Made by a program: the position numbers and the translations under genes. From Candidatus Hydrogenedens sp. (GTDB lineage Bacteria; Hydrogenedentota; Hydrogenedentia; Hydrogenedentales; Hydrogenedentaceae), in NCBI GenBank assembly GCA_035378955.1, contig DAOSUS010000009.1, positions 10,119 through 74,118 of the forward strand: a stretch of 64,000 bases of DNA, read 5' to 3'. Within the stretch, counting starts at the first letter, position 1. Every line of letters starts with the position of its first letter. Below the pieces are notes generated by a model. That model was not told the DNA's origin. It did no database searches and saw only the letters and a list, made by a program, of their open reading frames with translations. Shown piece by piece: positions 60,883-64,000 of this stretch.

Positions 60883-61912
60883 AACTTATTTCGTTAGAAA
60901 TAAAGTATTCCATTTATTTCTTATTATTACATTGCTGGTATTAATTATTTGTGTCCAGTATCGAATCGCATCATTTTCAAAAGTTCAAAGTAAAGAGTTG
61001 TTATATTTGCCCAATGAAAAGTTATTAAGGTATTTTACCGCTGGATTAGATACAGTAATTGCGGATTTTTTATGGATACATTGTTTGTTATATGTAGGTG
61101 CTGAAATTCATGGGGATTTTTCTTTTGAGTGGTTAGAAAAAATGTTAAATGCGGTTGTTCAATTAGACCCTTATTTTAGAGAAGTATATCGTTTTGGTAG
61201 TGTCTTTTTATCCTCTTTACGAGCAGATTCAGATGCCGCCCTGAAATTACTCCATCGGGGAATTTACTATCGTCCAGAGACATGGGACTTACCTTATGAG
61301 GCAGGTATGATATATCTCCTGAATAGAGCCAATGAACCTAATTCAAAAAAACTTGCCGGAATGTATCTTGCTATGAGTTCCGCGACGGGGAAAGCCCCGC
61401 AATTTATAGTAGATTTGGCAGAAAAATTAAATTACGAGCATGATTTGATAGAAATTGAAAGGGACATGTGGTCAAACTTATTAAAGAGTGAGGATAAGTT
61501 ATTACGCGATTTAGCCGAGAGAAAATTGCTAATGGTGGAGATTAAACAAATTTGTCGTGAGTTAACATCGCGAGTACAAAAATATAGAGAAACAAATAAT
61601 AAATTGCCAGAGAAATTGGAAGAAATAGGATTATCTACGGATTCCATTCGCGACCCGTTAGGTGGAAGGTTTTTTATATCAAAATCAGGTAAGGTAGAGA
61701 ATACAACAATTTTAGATGAACAATTGGAACGGAACAAACATTTATTGGAAAATGGAATAAAACTGTATTATGAAAGATTTGGGGCCTATCCTCCTAATCT
61801 TCAAGAATTATTAAATAAAAATGTTATGACTTTCCTCCCCCAACATCCCTACGAAGACCGCGAATGGGATTATAATCCCGAAACAGGAACTCTAAATGAG
61901 CATCAAAAATAA
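60875..61912 (+). CDS. Hypothetical membrane-anchored protein, likely accessory to the ABC-2 transporter
   Basis: 345 aa. N-terminal TM anchor. Helical TPR-like middle region. Overlaps the permease gene by 8 nt. No confident family. Confidence 0.4.
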   Translation: MFKTYFVRNKVFHLFLIITLLVLIICVQYRIASFSKVQSKELLYLPNEKLLRYFTAGLDTVIADFLWIHCLLYVGAEIHGDFSFEWLEKMLNAVVQLDPYFREVYRFGSVFLSSLRADSDAALKLLHRGIYYRPETWDLPYEAGMIYLLNRANEPNSKKLAGMYLAMSSATGKAPQFIVDLAEKLNYEHDLIEIERDMWSNLLKSEDKLLRDLAERKLLMVEIKQICRELTSRVQKYRETNNKLPEKLEEIGLSTDSIRDPLGGRFFISKSGKVENTTILDEQLERNKHLLENGIKLYYERFGAYPPNLQELLNKNVMTFLPQHPYEDREWDYNPETGTLNEHQK

Positions 61913-61919
61913 TAGACTT

Positions 61920-62843
61920 TTATTCTAAAATACCTTCGGGGGATATTACGCAATTTTCAAGGTGTGTGTTTGCAGGAATAGAAGCATTATTTAAAACCAC
62001 ACATTTCTTTAATGTGCAGTTATCTCCAATAGTGACATTATCCCCAATTACAGTGTTATCCAGAGAACAGTTATGCCCTAATTTACAATTATCCCCAGTT
62101 ATATATGTTTTTCCCTGCCTTGCTAATTCGTAAATACAACATGTAATAAGGTCTTTAATATAAGTTAGATTTACATCCCATTCAATAATCGAAAGTGCTT
62201 TTACAGGATAACCAAAATCAATAAGAATCTGAATAGAATCGGTCAGTTCATATTCATCTCTTAATGCCGTGCGAGGAGTTCGTCGAATACCTTCAAAAAT
62301 CCGTTCATCAAATAAATAAATACCGCATCCTTTTAAGTTTGTTTGGGGATATTTGGGTTTTTCTATTACTTTCGTTACAAACCCGTCCTTAGAAGTATAA
62401 ACACTGAAGTTTTTCTTTATGTTCTCAATATTGTTTTCTTCCTTTGTAGCTAATACACAGGCACATTGATTTTGTAACATGACTTCACTCATGAGGTTCA
62501 AATCAGGAGCATGGAAAAATATATCTCCTAAAAGTAGAAAAAAAGGTCCTTTGATATGAGGTTCTAATTGTCCTACCGCATGTGCCAATCCTAATCGTTT
62601 TTCTTGTTCTACATAACGAATATTAACACCCCAATTACTTCCATCTCCTAATGTTTGTATAATTCGATACCCTAAATGCCCAATGACTATAATAAAATCT
62701 GTAATACCGAGAGATTTCAGTGCTTCAATCTGGTAAACAATCAAAGGTTTATTTGCAATAGGGACAATCGGTTTGGGATTTTGTTCCCCGAAGGGACCCA
62801 GTCGTGCTCCATGTCCTGCGGCTAAGATTACTCCTTGATACAT
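61920..62843 (-). CDS. Sugar-1-phosphate nucleotidyltransferase with C-terminal left-handed beta-helix (G1P thymidylyl/GlmU-like)
   Basis: 307 aa. GVILAAGHGARLGP…KPIVPIANKPLIVY NTP-transferase motif. C-terminal hexapeptide repeats (IGDNVTIGDNCTL…). Confidence 0.65.
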   Translation of the reverse strand: MYQGVILAAGHGARLGPFGEQNPKPIVPIANKPLIVYQIEALKSLGITDFIIVIGHLGYRIIQTLGDGSNWGVNIRYVEQEKRLGLAHAVGQLEPHIKGPFFLLLGDIFFHAPDLNLMSEVMLQNQCACVLATKEENNIENIKKNFSVYTSKDGFVTKVIEKPKYPQTNLKGCGIYLFDERIFEGIRRTPRTALRDEYELTDSIQILIDFGYPVKALSIIEWDVNLTYIKDLITCCIYELARQGKTYITGDNCKLGHNCSLDNTVIGDNVTIGDNCTLKKCVVLNNASIPANTHLENCVISPEGILE

Positions 62844-62871
62844 AATTTCTTCTCCAATAATTTATAGAAAT

Positions 62872-64000
62872 TTAATAAACATGAGAACCTGAAGGCAAAA
62901 CGCGAATAAGTTCTTCAAGGGTTGTAATCCCTTTTTGTGCTTTTTTTAATCCATCTTCAGACATCGTTTCCATTCCCAGAGAAATTGCAAGGTTATGCAA
63001 TTGTGAAGCGGTAGGATGTTTTAATACCAATTCTTCTATTTCCGATGATACAGGTAGCAATTCACCTATACATGCCCTTCCTCTATAACCAATATACTGA
63101 CACATAGAACAACCTTTGCTCTTAAAAAATACCTCTTCTTTATCGGATAAGTTAAAAAACGAATAGGTTGATACATGAGGTATATAAGTTTCTATACAAT
63201 CCGGGCAATTAATACGGATAAGCCGTTGGGCTAAAGTGGCGATTACAGAAGAAGCCACTAAATAAGGTTCTATTCCCATATCCAGCAATCGAATAAAAAC
63301 ACCTGCTGCAGTTCCGCTATGGATAGTACTAATCACAAAATGTCCTGTAAGTCCTGCCTGAATTGCAATGTGGGCTGTTTCATAATCGCGAATTTCTCCA
63401 ACCATAATTACTTCCGGGTCTTGCCGTAAAATAGAACGCAGAGCATTGGCAAATGTGAAGTCCACATGAGGATTGATTTGTATCTGTGAAATTTTATCCA
63501 TAGAATACTCCACAGGGTCTTCTATGGTAACAATATTAGGCAAGGAACGGTTTGATTGTATCATTTCCTGAATAATGGCATAGATAGTCGTGGTCTTACC
63601 ACTACTACTGGGTCCTGTGAGTAAGAGCGTTCCTTGATTTCTCTTAATTAATTCTTTAAGTTTTTCCTCAACATAAGGTTGAAAACCTAATACATCAAGA
63701 TGAAATAAATCCTGGGATTCTCCTAAAATGCGGATAACAACCTTTTCCCCTTTGATAGTCGGAACAATAGATACCCTTAAAGGGCGTTGACAGGTAGTCT
63801 TATTTGAATCTATACGACCATCCTGAGGAACATCCTTTCGGTAAATAACAAGATTGGATAAAATTTTTATTCGTGCTATAATCCGAGACTGATATTCTCG
63901 GGGGATGAGTGCGACTTGATGAAGCATCCCATCTATTCGATACCGTAATGCTAAATGTTCAGACCAGGGCTCTAAATGTATATCACTTGCCATGTGATAA
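62872..64000 (-). CDS. GspE/PilB-family type II secretion / type IV pilus assembly ATPase, partial (N-terminus lies beyond right window edge)
   Basis: Walker A LLTGPSSSGKTTT. Asp/His boxes. Tetracysteine motif CPDC…CSMC. The ORF is still open at 64000. Confidence 0.8.
   Translation of the reverse strand, partial: YHMASDIHLEPWSEHLALRYRIDGMLHQVALIPREYQSRIIARIKILSNLVIYRKDVPQDGRIDSNKTTCQRPLRVSIVPTIKGEKVVIRILGESQDLFHLDVLGFQPYVEEKLKELIKRNQGTLLLTGPSSSGKTTTIYAIIQEMIQSNRSLPNIVTIEDPVEYSMDKISQIQINPHVDFTFANALRSILRQDPEVIMVGEIRDYETAHIAIQAGLTGHFVISTIHSGTAAGVFIRLLDMGIEPYLVASSVIATLAQRLIRINCPDCIETYIPHVSTYSFFNLSDKEEVFFKSKGCSMCQYIGYRGRACIGELLPVSSEIEELVLKHPTASQLHNLAISLGMETMSEDGLKKAQKGITTLEELIRVLPSGSHVY

Noticed and set aside
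1-64000. Search for CRISPR arrays, IS elements, integrases, and phage or defence islands
   Set aside because: No regularly spaced direct repeats, no transposase or recombinase ORFs, and no restriction-modification or toxin-antitoxin signatures were seen. Intergenic regions are short and AT-rich, typical of promoters.

Overview
The window is a 64 kb chromosomal segment from a low-GC diderm bacterium (GC judged by eye, not computed). Its gene content mixes several lineage signatures. Gram-negative outer-membrane genes are present: bamA, skp, lpxD and a fused lpxC/fabZ. A PVC-type prepilin-like H-X9-DG (DUF1559) protein is present, along with ExeA/GspA and GspE homologues. Two gene sets usually seen in Firmicutes are also present: radA-disA and mcsA-mcsB-clpC. 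The segment is densely coding, about 57 CDS. I saw no rRNA or tRNA genes, no CRISPR array, and no transposase or integrase.

Content in order along the window:
- an edge-truncated ComB-like gene, then an HU gene
- a 1231-aa gingipain-like C25 peptidase with an (x-E-G)n repeat linker and dockerin-like Ca-binding segments
- ppk, a nitroreductase, deoC, an SDR and a DAP-decarboxylase-like gene
- a co-directional, overlapping string radA-disA-pyrK-pyrD-pyrF-pyrE
- a host-glycan foraging set: GH4, a secreted sugar-phosphate isomerase, a GH33 sialidase, an aldo-keto reductase, and later a Tat-exported Gfo/Idh/MocA (GH109-like) protein and a GH38 alpha-mannosidase
- a secreted EF-hand protein
- a GT2 glycosyltransferase, two tandem alpha/beta hydrolases, a DMT transporter and a metallophosphoesterase
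- the pArg proteostasis module mcsA-mcsB-clpC, directly followed by bamA-skp-lpxD-lpxC/fabZ
- two HlyD/ABC-2 type efflux modules
- a tight four-gene operon: MFS transporter, phosphatidylcholine synthase (pcs), ArnT/PMT-like GT-C membrane protein, Sfp-type PPTase
- ExeA-like ATPase followed by a hybrid histidine kinase
- a multi-LysM MltD-like lytic transglycosylase, a PEBP/YbhB protein and PsiE
- a partial GspE-family ATPase at the right edge

The most interesting candidates are the MFS-pcs-GT-C-PPTase operon, the pArg module in a diderm context, and the dockerin/EF-hand-bearing C25 protease. None of these can be proven novel from sequence alone.
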